DNA from: Acidobacteriota bacterium
GTDB taxonomy: Bacteria > Acidobacteriota > Thermoanaerobaculia > Multivoradales > UBA5704
Length of the DNA stretch: 64,000 nt
NCBI GenBank assembly: GCA_040349255.1
Contig: JBEQUE010000010.1
Coordinates: 68,216-132,215 of the forward strand
Reading direction: 5' to 3'
Shown: in pieces, positions 44,227 to 53,683 of the stretch
Layout: each line of letters opens with the position of its first letter
How positions within the stretch are numbered: the first letter of the stretch is position 1
The notes under the pieces: model-generated
What the model saw: the letters and a program-made list of their open reading frames with translations, nothing else
Database searches by the model: none
What the model was told of the DNA's origin: nothing
Made by a program: the position numbers and the translations under genes

Positions 44227-46753
44227 CCAGCAGGCGCTGGAACTCGGGGAGCGGACGCAGACGGTCGAACCAGGGGAAGGAGAACCAGCGTGGCTGGTAC
44301 CCGAGCTTCAAGGCCCTCTCGGCGCTGACCAGGGCTGAGGAGGTCTCTCCCAGGACCGCATAGACCAGCGAGGCCTCATAGGCGATCCCGGCATTGTCCG
44401 GGGCCAGCCTCGAGGCCTCCTGGACCGCGGCGACCGCCCGCGGCCCCTCGCCGAGATGGGCGAGGGCCTGTGCCTTCCAGGACAGGAGCTCCGGGTCACC
44501 GCCCGTGGGATCGCCCTCGACCAGCTCCACCACCCGGCGGTACTCCGGTTTCGCCCGTTCCGGCTTGCCGAGGAGCGCGTACGCATCGGCCAGGTTGAGC
44601 GCGAAGCCGGGATGGCGCGGCTCCTTCTCGACCACGCGCTCCAGGGTCTCCGCGGCCTCCGCGTAGCGCTCGAGCAGGAAGTAGGCGACGGAAAGATTCG
44701 AAAGCTCCGTCAATCCCGGAGAACGGCGCAGCGTCTCCTGGTAGAGCGCCACGGCCCTGGCGGGAGACCCGTTCTCGAGCTCGAGCTGCGCCAACAGCGA
44801 AAGCCCCTCGACGTTGCCCGGAGATCTGGACAGCAGCGTCTCGAGATGGCCGCGGGCGTCGGCGATCCGGCCATTCAGAATCTCCATGCGTGCCAGGATG
44901 GACAGCCGCTTCCAGGACGGATGGCGCCGGACGGCCGTGATCAGAAGATCGATGGCCTCTTCGAGCCGGCCCCGGGCCCGGAGAAGGCGCGCCTCTCGGT
45001 CCACGACCCGGACGTCTCCGGGCACCCGTTCCCGCAGCTCTTCGAGGGCCTCTTCGGCCCGGTCCAGCTCGCGCGCTTCGAGCGCGACGTCGAACAGGTT
45101 GAACAGGGGCTGGGGATCGTCGGGCACGAGCCGGCGCGCCTCCTCCACCCTGGAAAACGCGCGGGCGAGGTCGTCCGGGCTCCGCGTCTGCCGGAAGCGA
45201 AGGCGCGCGATGTCCGCTTCGAGCAGGATCGCATCGAGAAAGGTCGGCCGCCGCGCGCGGATCTCCGCCAGCTCGTCCAGCAGGGGGCCGGTATCGGAAT
45301 CTTTCCGCGCATCGAATCTCTGCCGGATCTGGGTGAACCTCTTCAAGTCGTCGCTGTCGACGTCCAGCTCCGGATGGCCCTCGCGAACGCGGTGCTGCTC
45401 ATAGCCCCGCTGGATCTGCCCGGCCACGGCACTCGCCACCAGGAAAAAATTGTCGGTCGGCACCTCGAAGCTCTCGACCCAGAGGACCGATCCATCCGCT
45501 CCGCGAATACGATGGAGGATGATGCGACAGGACTCCGACCGGCATTCCAGGCGCGAGGCCACCACTTCGTCCGCATCCACGGCACGGGCGACCTGCTCAG
45601 GATCGCCGGAGACGGCATCGACCTCGTCCGCAGTCCTGGGCGTGATCCCTTCCAGCCCGAGCAGGCCGCGCAGGATCGCTGCGTAGACGACGGGAGGCAG
45701 AAGCTCGAGATCGCCCCGCGACGGGCCGAGCTGAGCCTCAGGCTCCAGCACGGCCACGGACACCGGCTCCGCCGGCCTTCTCAGCAGGTAGACGCCACCC
45801 GCGAGCGCCAGGACAAGGAGGAGCAGGGCGCCGGCCAGAGCCAGCCGGGACGGTGGTCGCCGCGGCAGCCTTCGGGCGGTCGTCTCGGCTCCATCCTGGA
45901 TGGTGGCGGTTTCCGAGGGTGCTTCGTCCTCCATTTCCTCCAGGGTCCATACGATCTCCTCGGCGCTCCGCGGCCGGAGGAAGGGGTCCTTTTCGAGGAG
46001 GCGGTCGACCAGCCTGGAGAGCGGATCGGGCACGGCCGGGTTCAGCTCGCGGACCGGCGGCTGGCGGTGGTTGGCGATCCGGTCGAGCATGGCCAGGCCG
46101 TTGTCCGCCTTGAACGGCGAGCGCCCGGCGAGCAGCTCGTAGAGCAGGACTCCGAGCGAGAAGAGGTCAGAACGGTGATCGACCGGCTCTCCCCGCGCCT
46201 GCTCGGGCGACATGGCGCGATAGGTGCCCAGGACCGCTCCGGTCCCGGTCAGGCCGTCGTCGGAGGTGCCCTCGTCGGTCATCCGTTTGGCGATCCCGAA
46301 GTCGGAGATCTTCGCCTGGCCGGCGTCGGTGACCAGGACGTTCTCCGTCTTCAGGTCCCGGTGGACGATCCCCTGGCGGTGCGCCTCCTGCAGGCCCTTG
46401 GCGATCTGGATTGCGAGGTCGATCACCCGGGGAACCGGCAGGGGACCGCCGCGGAGCAGAGCCCGGAGCGTCGTTCCTTCCACATATTCGAGCACCAGGT
46501 GGTCCACATCCTGGCCGGAGAGGAGGTCGTAGACGTGGACGATGTTGGGGTGGTTCAGGCGGGCCGCGAGCCGGGCCTCCCTGCGGAAGCGTTCCTTCTG
46601 CTGCGGCCGGGAGGCGTCCTGCCGGATGCGCTTGATCGCAACCTTGCGGTCGAGCTGCTCGTCGTGGGCCAGAAAGACCTCGCCCATCCCTCCGGAACCC
46701 AGCCGGGACAGAAGCCGGTAGTGGCCGATGCGTGTTTCCGCGTCGGTGGACAT
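44210..46753 (-). CDS. Membrane Ser/Thr protein kinase with extracytoplasmic Cys-pair domain and C-terminal TPR repeats (paralog 2)
   Basis: MSTDAETRIGHYRLLSRLGSGGMGEVFLAHDEQLDRKVAIKRI, HRDLKTENVLV, DFGIAK and GTYRAMSPEQARGEP. TM helix LALAGALLLLVLALAGGVYLL. Collinear with 31173..33743 to the very C-terminus (KLGYQPRWF.F.WF). ATG 46753 lies within the over-long ORF 44210..47662. Confidence 0.85.
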   Translation of the reverse strand: MSTDAETRIGHYRLLSRLGSGGMGEVFLAHDEQLDRKVAIKRIRQDASRPQQKERFRREARLAARLNHPNIVHVYDLLSGQDVDHLVLEYVEGTTLRALLRGGPLPVPRVIDLAIQIAKGLQEAHRQGIVHRDLKTENVLVTDAGQAKISDFGIAKRMTDEGTSDDGLTGTGAVLGTYRAMSPEQARGEPVDHRSDLFSLGVLLYELLAGRSPFKADNGLAMLDRIANHRQPPVRELNPAVPDPLSRLVDRLLEKDPFLRPRSAEEIVWTLEEMEDEAPSETATIQDGAETTARRLPRRPPSRLALAGALLLLVLALAGGVYLLRRPAEPVSVAVLEPEAQLGPSRGDLELLPPVVYAAILRGLLGLEGITPRTADEVDAVSGDPEQVARAVDADEVVASRLECRSESCRIILHRIRGADGSVLWVESFEVPTDNFFLVASAVAGQIQRGYEQHRVREGHPELDVDSDDLKRFTQIRQRFDARKDSDTGPLLDELAEIRARRPTFLDAILLEADIARLRFRQTRSPDDLARAFSRVEEARRLVPDDPQPLFNLFDVALEARELDRAEEALEELRERVPGDVRVVDREARLLRARGRLEEAIDLLITAVRRHPSWKRLSILARMEILNGRIADARGHLETLLSRSPGNVEGLSLLAQLELENGSPARAVALYQETLRRSPGLTELSNLSVAYFLLERYAEAAETLERVVEKEPRHPGFALNLADAYALLGKPERAKPEYRRVVELVEGDPTGGDPELLSWKAQALAHLGEGPRAVAAVQEASRLAPDNAGIAYEASLVYAVLGETSSALVSAERALKLGYQPRWFSFPWFDRLRPLPEFQRLLVRKAG

Positions 46754-46809
46754 GAATTTCCTTTGCGCACATTGTAGTCCGCTTGCAGGCCGGCCGGCAG
46801 GGGCGCACG

Positions 46810-47466
46810 TCAGCGCCGCTTCGAAATGGCCTCGTACTCGCGCTCGAACCCGGGCAGGATGGCCTTGACGAAGGCGTTGGAGACCAGGCGGACGAGGATC
46901 TGCCAGGTGCTGGTGTTCGGGTCGTCGAGCGTGCCCGAGATGTCGGCCACGGTGGCGACCTGCTCCCGCGGCCGGTTCTTCAACAGGTGGGAGAGCCCGC
47001 CGACCACCTTCTCGTAGAGCTTCTTGAGTACCGGCTTCCGCTTGTCCTGCTGCGGACTGTAGACCTTGACGTCCTTGAACAGCGGCTTGACATAGCCGTC
47101 GATCCGGCCGTCGTGGACCTTCATCTCGGTGTAGACCGAGAAGGTGCCCGAGGCGACGTCGAACTTGCCGTAGGCGCGCAGCAGCTCGTTGATCGACGGC
47201 AGGCTCGCGCCTTCGACCCGGACCAGCAGGTCGAAGTCCGGACCCTTGCTGTCGTCGCGGAAGGTGGCGTTGCCGCGCACCGAGCCGCTTCCCATGAAAC
47301 GCCCGGCGAGGCTCGCCTTGACCGGCCCCCGGCGGAATCCGCTGGAGAGGTTGGTCAGCGTGAAGTCGGCGTTGTCCACGAAGACGCGGAAGCGCCGGCC
47401 CTTCGCCAGGCTGACCAGGCCAAGCCGGCCGTCCTCGATCGCGAAGCGGTCGATCCGCACCGGCAC
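46810..47466 (-). CDS. DUF748/AsmA-C-like domain protein, possibly N-terminally truncated
   Basis: IDRFAIEDGRLGLVSLAKGRRFRVFVDNADFTLTNLSS...GTFSVYTEMKVHDGRIDGYVKPLFKDVKVY resembles DUF748 repeats. GTG start. No TM or signal segment, and no coding-like frame in the 200 bp upstream. Confidence 0.5.
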   Translation of the reverse strand: MPVRIDRFAIEDGRLGLVSLAKGRRFRVFVDNADFTLTNLSSGFRRGPVKASLAGRFMGSGSVRGNATFRDDSKGPDFDLLVRVEGASLPSINELLRAYGKFDVASGTFSVYTEMKVHDGRIDGYVKPLFKDVKVYSPQQDKRKPVLKKLYEKVVGGLSHLLKNRPREQVATVADISGTLDDPNTSTWQILVRLVSNAFVKAILPGFEREYEAISKRR

Positions 47467-47867
47467 CGCCGGCTGGGTTCGGCCCCTTCGAGCGGGTTTC
47501 CCTGGGGGCAGTCTGCCGCGTCCCCGCCTCGTCTTCGGGCCACGGATGCCGCTGTCTGTGCAGAACCGCCATACAACCTCGAAGCGCCTGCCGACTCCCG
47601 GAGGCCGCTCTCCTGGACAGATAGCAAGGCGGCGGTCCTGGTCCAGCGGGCCTGAAAATCACGCATGACCATGCGCTAGCCAGACCGCATCGGAGAGGTT
47701 AATCTCTCTTCAACGGTCGGGCGGGGGAGGCTCCTCGGGGGTTCCTGAGGGCGATGAAAGAGGTTCGGAGGGAGAAGCAGGTTGCAGTACAAGGCGCGGC
47801 TGGGCTGGGCCGCTGGAGAGGGGAGCCGAAAGGCTCTCCTCTTTGTGTTTTTGCTAGGCTCCCGGGG

Positions 47868-48518
47868 GTGATCCTGACGGTCCTGCACCAGGACGACTCC
47901 CTCGTGGCCGTGAACAAGCCTTCGGGCATGGCGGTCCACCGCGGCTGGTCGCAGGAGCGGCACGTGGTGCTCACGGTCCTGCGCGACCAGATCGGCCGCC
48001 ATCTCTACCCGGTCCACCGGCTCGACCGCGGCACCAGCGGCGCCCTGGTCCTGGCGCTCGACCCGGTCACGGCCCGCCATCTCCAGCAGCGCTTCGAGGC
48101 CGGCGAGGTCCGCAAGCGCTACCTGGCCCTGGTGCGCGGCATCCCGCCGGAGGAGGGGGTGATCGACAGCCCCGTGCCGCGGTCGCCCGGCGGCCCGCGC
48201 GTGAGCGCGGTCACCCGGTTCCGGCGGCTCGGCACCTTCGAACGCTACGCCCTCCTGGAGGTCCTCCCCCTCACCGGACGGCTGCACCAGATCCGCCGGC
48301 ACCTCAAGCACATCAGCCATCCGATCGTCGGCGACGTCAAGTACGGCAAGGGCGAGCACAACCGCCTGTTCCGCGAGCGCTTCGGCCTCCACCGTCTCGC
48401 CCTTCACGCGCTGGAGCTGGGCTTCCCGCATCCGGAGGGCCGGGACCTGCGGATCATCGCACCGGTGCCGCCGGACCTGGCCGGTCCACTGCGGGCCATG
48501 GACCTTCCCGTCGGTTAG
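47868..48518 (+). CDS. truC: RluA-family tRNA pseudouridine synthase (TruC-like)
   Basis: VILTVLHQDDSLVAVNKPSGMAVHRGW...HRLDRGTSGALVLA...HQIRRHLKHISHPIVGDVKYG. GTG 47868 lies within ORF 47754..48518. Confidence 0.8.
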   Translation: MILTVLHQDDSLVAVNKPSGMAVHRGWSQERHVVLTVLRDQIGRHLYPVHRLDRGTSGALVLALDPVTARHLQQRFEAGEVRKRYLALVRGIPPEEGVIDSPVPRSPGGPRVSAVTRFRRLGTFERYALLEVLPLTGRLHQIRRHLKHISHPIVGDVKYGKGEHNRLFRERFGLHRLALHALELGFPHPEGRDLRIIAPVPPDLAGPLRAMDLPVG

Positions 48519-48529
48519 ACTCTCCTGCC

Positions 48530-49012
48530 ATGGCGAGAGCGAAACGGTATTGGCTGATGAAGTGCGAGCCCGAGGCCTACACCATCGAGGACCTGGAGCG
48601 CGACGGCACCACGACCTGGGAAGGGGTGCGCAACTTCCAGGCCCGCAACTCCATGCGCGACGACATGAAGGTGGGCGACGGCGTGCTCTTCTACGCCTCG
48701 AACGCCGAGCCCTCCGGCGTCTCCGGCCTGGCCGAGATCTCCCGCGCCGGCCATCCCGACCCCTACGCCTTCCAGGAAGGCCACAAGTATTTCGATCCGA
48801 AGAGCGATCCGGACAACCCCACCTGGTACATGGTGGACATCCGCTTCGTGGAACGATTTCCGGAGATCATCCCTCTCGCCGCGCTCAAGGAGACCCGCGG
48901 CCTGGAGAAGATGGTGGTCAATCAGAAGGGATCGCGCCTGTCGGTCCAGCCGGTGACGAAGCCGGAGTTCGAGATCGTCCGCCGGCTCGGCCGCAAGGGA
49001 GCGAAGACATGA
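48530..49012 (+). CDS. EVE (PUA-like) domain protein
   Basis: YWLMKCEPEAYTIEDLERDGTTTWEGVRNFQARNSMRDDMKVGDGVLFYASN is the EVE-domain signature. Confidence 0.8.
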   Translation: MARAKRYWLMKCEPEAYTIEDLERDGTTTWEGVRNFQARNSMRDDMKVGDGVLFYASNAEPSGVSGLAEISRAGHPDPYAFQEGHKYFDPKSDPDNPTWYMVDIRFVERFPEIIPLAALKETRGLEKMVVNQKGSRLSVQPVTKPEFEIVRRLGRKGAKT

Positions 49013-49206
49013 AATCGGACGGCTACTGGAACGATTTCATCGAGGTCCAGTGCCCGTGGTGCTTCGAGCGGGTGGAGATCGCGGTCGAGCCCGATACCTG
49101 GGGCACGCTGGTCCAGGACTGCGAGGTGTGCTGCAACCCGTGGCAGGTCACGGTCACCCGGGACCGCGACGGCGACGCCGACGTGCGCGTCGAGCGGCTG
49201 GAGTGA
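49009..49206 (+). CDS. CPXCG-motif zinc-ribbon protein
   Basis: MKSDGYWNDFIEVQCPWCFERVEIAVEPDTWGTLVQDCEVCCNPWQV. ATGA overlap with the EVE gene stop. In-frame tail of ORF 48550..49206. Confidence 0.7.
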   Translation: MKSDGYWNDFIEVQCPWCFERVEIAVEPDTWGTLVQDCEVCCNPWQVTVTRDRDGDADVRVERLE

Positions 49207-49273
49207 GGCCCGAGGAGGAAGAGGAGGGAGGGCCGCCGAGGCAAGGCCCCGGCGGCCCCTATGGGAAGAGGTC

Positions 49274-52213
49274 CTACCGCCAGCTCAGCCGGGCGCCGAG
49301 ACGAAGCATGCGCGGGCTCACGACCTCGAGGACGTGGTCCGAATTGCTCTGTCCGAGCACCGACTGGCGCTGCAGCACGTAGGACTCGTTGAGGGCGTTG
49401 AAGAGATCGGCCCCGATCGTCACGCCCATCCCGCTGAAGTGCATCTCCTTCTCCAGCCGCAGGTCGAGAAGGTGGACGTCCGGGCTCCGGAAGGCGTCCG
49501 CGTCGCTGACGATCGGCACGTCGAGACCGACGCTCGGCGTGTCCGCGATCGGCGTCCGGCTGACCCTGCGGGCGTAGCGGACCGGATAGCCCTGGCGGCC
49601 GTTCAGGGCGGCGCCGACGTTGAAGCTCCAGGGCTTGTCGGGCGCGATCTGGTAGAGGCCGCTCAGGCTGTACGACCAGCCGCTGTTGATATACACGTTG
49701 TCCTTGGCGCCCGAGGCCGTGCCGGAGCCCTGCAGCACGTCCGTGCCGTCCACGATGCCGCCGGCGATGGTATCGGTCGGATCCTGGTTCTCCGAGTCCG
49801 GAATGTCCCAGGTCCAGTCCTGCCAGGAGGCGCTGCCGGTGGCCATCCAGCGGTTCGAAAGGCGCTTCTGGAAGGTCAGCGAGGCGCCTCGGAACACCTG
49901 CTCGCGGTCGCCGTTGCGCAGCAGGAAACCGTTGCGGGTGCCGACGCCGTCGCGCAGGACCCAGTAGTTGACGGTGTAGGGCTGGCCGTTCGGCAGCACG
50001 CCGGTCAGCGGCGCCGCCGGCACGTAGTCGTCGCGCCGGTGCACGCGGCCGACGCTGCCCAGGTTCTGGGGTGCGAAAGGATCGCCGTCGAAGACCAGCA
50101 GCTCGGCTTCCAGCAGACCGCTGAGGCGCCGGTAGGTGGCGTTGAGGCCCACCACCAGGTCGGGCCGCAGGGCGCGCTCCACGCCGAGGATCAGCTCGTC
50201 GGTGAGCGGCGCGTCGAGGTTCGGGTCCACGGCGTTCGACTGCAGCGCTCCGAGCGTGAACGGATTCAAGTTGCCGCTCGGCTGTCCGGCTTCCGGTCCG
50301 AGCTCGCCGGGCTCCAGCACGGGGCCGCCGTTGTTGGTGGTGTAGAAGTAGCGGTACTGGGGCGCGCCCAGCGGATGGAGCCAGCCGGCGAACGCGGTGG
50401 CGAGCTGGTCCGCGAACCTCGAGTAGCTGGCGCGCAGCAGGGTCTGGCCCCGCTCGTCGAGCGACCAGGTCAGGCCGACGCGCGGCGAGAGCGTGTTCCA
50501 TTCGAAACCGCTGTCGCGCCCTTCGAACGCCGCGGCCGGCAGCAGCTCGGGGAACACCGGGTTGGCCTCGACGCGGGTGTCGAGCAGCTCGCCGCCCTGG
50601 CGGTCGTAGCGCAGCCCGACGCTCGCCGTGAGCCGGCCGGCCGAGACCGTGTCCTGCACGAAAAGGTTTCCATAGTCGGCGCGGACGTTGGCCACGCCTT
50701 CGCGGGCGAGGATCAGCACCCCGCCGCAGCACTCCAGGCCGCCGCCCGGCCAGCGGTTCACGGTGGTCTGGTCCACCGTGCGGTAGCCCGCGCCATACTT
50801 GAGCTCGTGGGAGAGGCCGCGCGTGCCGAAGAAGCTGGAGGCGTCGAGCCGGGCCTGCTTCTGCGGGCGCTTCGACTGGATGTGCAGGAAACTGTTGTGC
50901 CAGACGCCGTCCCCGTCCACGAACGGGAGCTTGTCGCCGCCTTCCGGCGCGAGCTCGAGGCCGCCGTTGACGACCGCGGCCATGCCGGTGAGGTAGAAGC
51001 TGGAGCCGAAGATCTGCGTGTCCTCGACCTTCCAGGCGGTCGGGCTCGGGCCGAAGCCGCTCTGGTCCCAGGTCGTCTCCTGCGGGCGCAGCGGGCTCGC
51101 GTTGCGGCCGAGCTTGACCTTCTCGTCCTGCCAGACGAAGCCGGTCGCCGAGTTCGACGGCGTGATCTGGCCGTTGAGCTTGACGTTCCAGTCCTTGATC
51201 GACGTGTCGTCGCGGAAGTCGTTGACGGTCAGGAGATCGACCTGCTGCTCGCCGTACGAGCCCCAGACCCAGAGCTTCTTCGGGATCAGGGGTCCGCCGA
51301 TCTCGGCGCCGTAGTCCGAGACCTCGACGATGCGGTTGCCCTGCTCGAGATCGGCCTGGGCGGTGCCGCGGTTCCAGGGTCCGGCCTGGCCGAGCTCGGA
51401 ACGGTCGAGATCGAGATCCGACTGCGTGCTGTCGTCGCCGGCCACATAGCGGGCCGAACCGCGCCACTGATCCGTTCCGCGGCGGGTGACCATGTTCACC
51501 ACCACGCCGCCGGTCGCCACCGAGGCGTCGCTGCCGCCGGTCGTGATCTGCATCTCCTGGAACGAATCGAAGTCGAAATAGCCCGGCGAGGAGCCGATCG
51601 CCGACATGTCGGTGATCACCATGCCGTCGAGCGACCACATGGCCTGGGCGCCGGGCGAGCCCGGCCCCACGAGGGCGGACTGCTGGCCGCTCTCGTTGCC
51701 GCCGTTGTTGATGCGGTCGAGCAGGACGCCGGGCGCGGTGCGCAGGATGGCCCAGGGGTCGCGGGCCGTCGGCACCTTGTCCATCTCCACCCGCGGCACG
51801 TTGCGCTCGATGCTGATGCGGTGAGGATCGAGGAGCGGCGCCTGGTCGCCCTTGACGTTGACGACCTCCGTGAAATCGGAGGACGCGAGCGACATTTCGA
51901 TCTCGGTGTTGCGGCCGAGACTGACCACGACGTCCTTCCACTCGACGGGCGCGAAGCGATCGAGCTCGGCCTTGACCGTGTACTTGGCCGGCGACAGGCC
52001 GAGAAAATGGAAGTCGCCCTTGGCGTCCGTGGTCTGGACCTGCTCGGTACCCTCGCCCGTGAGGGTCACGGTGACGCCGGGAAGCTCCTGGCCGTTGTCG
52101 TCGACCACGGTGCCATAAAGGTTTCCGGCCTGGAGCTGGGCCATCGCCGGAAGCGCCAGCAGCCCCGTGAAGGCTGCCAGGAGCGCAAGCTTTCTCAAAA
52201 GTTTTCCGTTCAT
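49274..52213 (-). CDS. TonB-dependent-receptor-like outer-membrane protein with N-terminal carboxypeptidase-regulatory domain
   Basis: Signal MNGKLLRKLALLAAFTGLLALPAMAQ. GTVVDDNGQELPGVTVTLTG...TDAKGDFHFLGLSPAKYTV (CarboxypepD_reg). Plug-like and long beta-barrel region. Architecture common in Acidobacteriota. Confidence 0.8.
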   Translation of the reverse strand: MNGKLLRKLALLAAFTGLLALPAMAQLQAGNLYGTVVDDNGQELPGVTVTLTGEGTEQVQTTDAKGDFHFLGLSPAKYTVKAELDRFAPVEWKDVVVSLGRNTEIEMSLASSDFTEVVNVKGDQAPLLDPHRISIERNVPRVEMDKVPTARDPWAILRTAPGVLLDRINNGGNESGQQSALVGPGSPGAQAMWSLDGMVITDMSAIGSSPGYFDFDSFQEMQITTGGSDASVATGGVVVNMVTRRGTDQWRGSARYVAGDDSTQSDLDLDRSELGQAGPWNRGTAQADLEQGNRIVEVSDYGAEIGGPLIPKKLWVWGSYGEQQVDLLTVNDFRDDTSIKDWNVKLNGQITPSNSATGFVWQDEKVKLGRNASPLRPQETTWDQSGFGPSPTAWKVEDTQIFGSSFYLTGMAAVVNGGLELAPEGGDKLPFVDGDGVWHNSFLHIQSKRPQKQARLDASSFFGTRGLSHELKYGAGYRTVDQTTVNRWPGGGLECCGGVLILAREGVANVRADYGNLFVQDTVSAGRLTASVGLRYDRQGGELLDTRVEANPVFPELLPAAAFEGRDSGFEWNTLSPRVGLTWSLDERGQTLLRASYSRFADQLATAFAGWLHPLGAPQYRYFYTTNNGGPVLEPGELGPEAGQPSGNLNPFTLGALQSNAVDPNLDAPLTDELILGVERALRPDLVVGLNATYRRLSGLLEAELLVFDGDPFAPQNLGSVGRVHRRDDYVPAAPLTGVLPNGQPYTVNYWVLRDGVGTRNGFLLRNGDREQVFRGASLTFQKRLSNRWMATGSASWQDWTWDIPDSENQDPTDTIAGGIVDGTDVLQGSGTASGAKDNVYINSGWSYSLSGLYQIAPDKPWSFNVGAALNGRQGYPVRYARRVSRTPIADTPSVGLDVPIVSDADAFRSPDVHLLDLRLEKEMHFSGMGVTIGADLFNALNESYVLQRQSVLGQSNSDHVLEVVSPRMLRLGARLSWR

Positions 52214-52634
52214 CGCAGATCAACCTCCTTCAAACCCGAATCGTTTCTGGTTTCGTTCGAGGACGGTTCTTCGCTGTCGAGGCCGCCGGCATCACCTCCC
52301 GCGTGAAAAACGTTGCGAAAGCCGCCGATAGCAAGGGTTGTGCCGCGGCGCGAAACGCCCGTTCTACAACGGTTTTCCCGCCGGCGTCCGCTTTGGATGA
52401 CTATCCCGGCATTCAGGAAACTGAATATCGGACGGGGGAAAGATCCGGGAAATCCAGGCGGAACGGATGTTTCGGCCGCATCCGGAAACTTGGAAACCCG
52501 TTCGGAAAGCTGCGCGAAGCGGCGCCGGGGAGCCGATCGGCCTCCGGAGAGGTCGGCGGCGTCCTCGTGCCGGGCTTCCGCCTTTCGACCACGGACCATT
52601 GCGCTGGTGGCGTCTTCCCGGATAAACTTCCCGC

Positions 52635-53624
52635 ATGACCCGAAAAGATCAGCTCCAGCTCTTCCCCGGCATGGCTTCCGAGGCCGAGCCCAGGGGAGTC
52701 ATCCCGGCGGAGCTCTCCGAGGATCTCCACGAGCTCGGCCGGGCCCTGCCCGAGGACATCTATCTGGGCGGCTCGACGTGGTCGTTCCCGGGCTGGCGCG
52801 GCCTGGTCTACGAAGGCAAGCTCACCGAGTCGAAGCTGGCGCACGAGGGGCTTGCGGCCTACGCGCAGCACCCGCTCTTCCGGTGCGTCGGAGTGGACCG
52901 GACCTACTACGCGCCGCTGCCCGCCGAGGACTACGCCGACTACGCCGCCCAGGTGCCGGACGACTTCCGCTTCGTGGTCAAGGCGCACGAGGCCTGCACG
53001 GTCTCGCGCTGGCCGGACCGGCCGCGCTACGGCGCGCAGCGCGGACAGGTGAACCCGCTGTTCCTGGACGCCGCCTACACGGCCGATCAGGTCGTGGCGC
53101 CCTTCGTGGAGGGGCTCGAGGTCAAGGCCGGCGCCCTACTCTTCCAGTTCTCGCCGCAGGATCTCGGCGTGCCCGAGCGCTTCGCGGAGGAGCTCCGGGC
53201 CTTCCTCTGTGCTCTTCCGCGCGGGCCGGTCTCCGCGGTCGAGGTCCGCAACCGCGAGATCCTCACGCCGGCCTACGCCGACGCTCTCGCCGAAGCCCGG
53301 GCCTGCCACTGCCACAACGTCCACCCGCGCATGCCGGACGTGCTCACCCAGGCCCGTCTCGCCGGCACCGACCGGCCCAGGACGCCGATCACGATCGCCC
53401 GCTGGCTGCTCGGTCCCGGCATGACCTACGAGGAGGCCGGCCGCCTCTACTCGCCGTTCAACAAGCTCGTGGCCCCGGACGAGAACGCCCGCAACGGCCT
53501 CGCCCGGCTCGCGCACAACGCCATCGCCGCCGGCCGGCCGTTCGTCTGCACGGTGAACAACAACGGCGAGGGCTCCGCGCCACTGTCGATCGAAGCGCTG
53601 GCGAAGAGGATTGCAGGGACATAA
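52635..53624 (+). CDS. DUF72 (UPF0759) family protein
   Basis: YLGGSTWSFPGWRGLVYEG...YAQHPLFRCVGVDRTYYAPLPAEDYADYAAQVPDDFRFVVKAHEACT fits the DUF72 signature. Confidence 0.75.
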   Translation: MTRKDQLQLFPGMASEAEPRGVIPAELSEDLHELGRALPEDIYLGGSTWSFPGWRGLVYEGKLTESKLAHEGLAAYAQHPLFRCVGVDRTYYAPLPAEDYADYAAQVPDDFRFVVKAHEACTVSRWPDRPRYGAQRGQVNPLFLDAAYTADQVVAPFVEGLEVKAGALLFQFSPQDLGVPERFAEELRAFLCALPRGPVSAVEVRNREILTPAYADALAEARACHCHNVHPRMPDVLTQARLAGTDRPRTPITIARWLLGPGMTYEEAGRLYSPFNKLVAPDENARNGLARLAHNAIAAGRPFVCTVNNNGEGSAPLSIEALAKRIAGT

Positions 53625-53683
53625 AGGACGCCAAGGACTTCAAGGACAAAAGACTTTGGGTCCCTGATGTCCTCTTGGTCCTT

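Noticed and set aside
52214-52634. 420-bp divergent intergenic region upstream of the TonB-dependent receptor. It contains scattered AAACG..GTT-like dyads (gaaaaacgttgc, gcaagggttg, gaaacgcccgttc) that looked like a degenerate fourth array.
   Set aside because: Hand-measured centre-to-centre distances (about 25, 22 and 12 bp) show no constant period. This is probably ordinary regulatory DNA, and no specific site can be supported.
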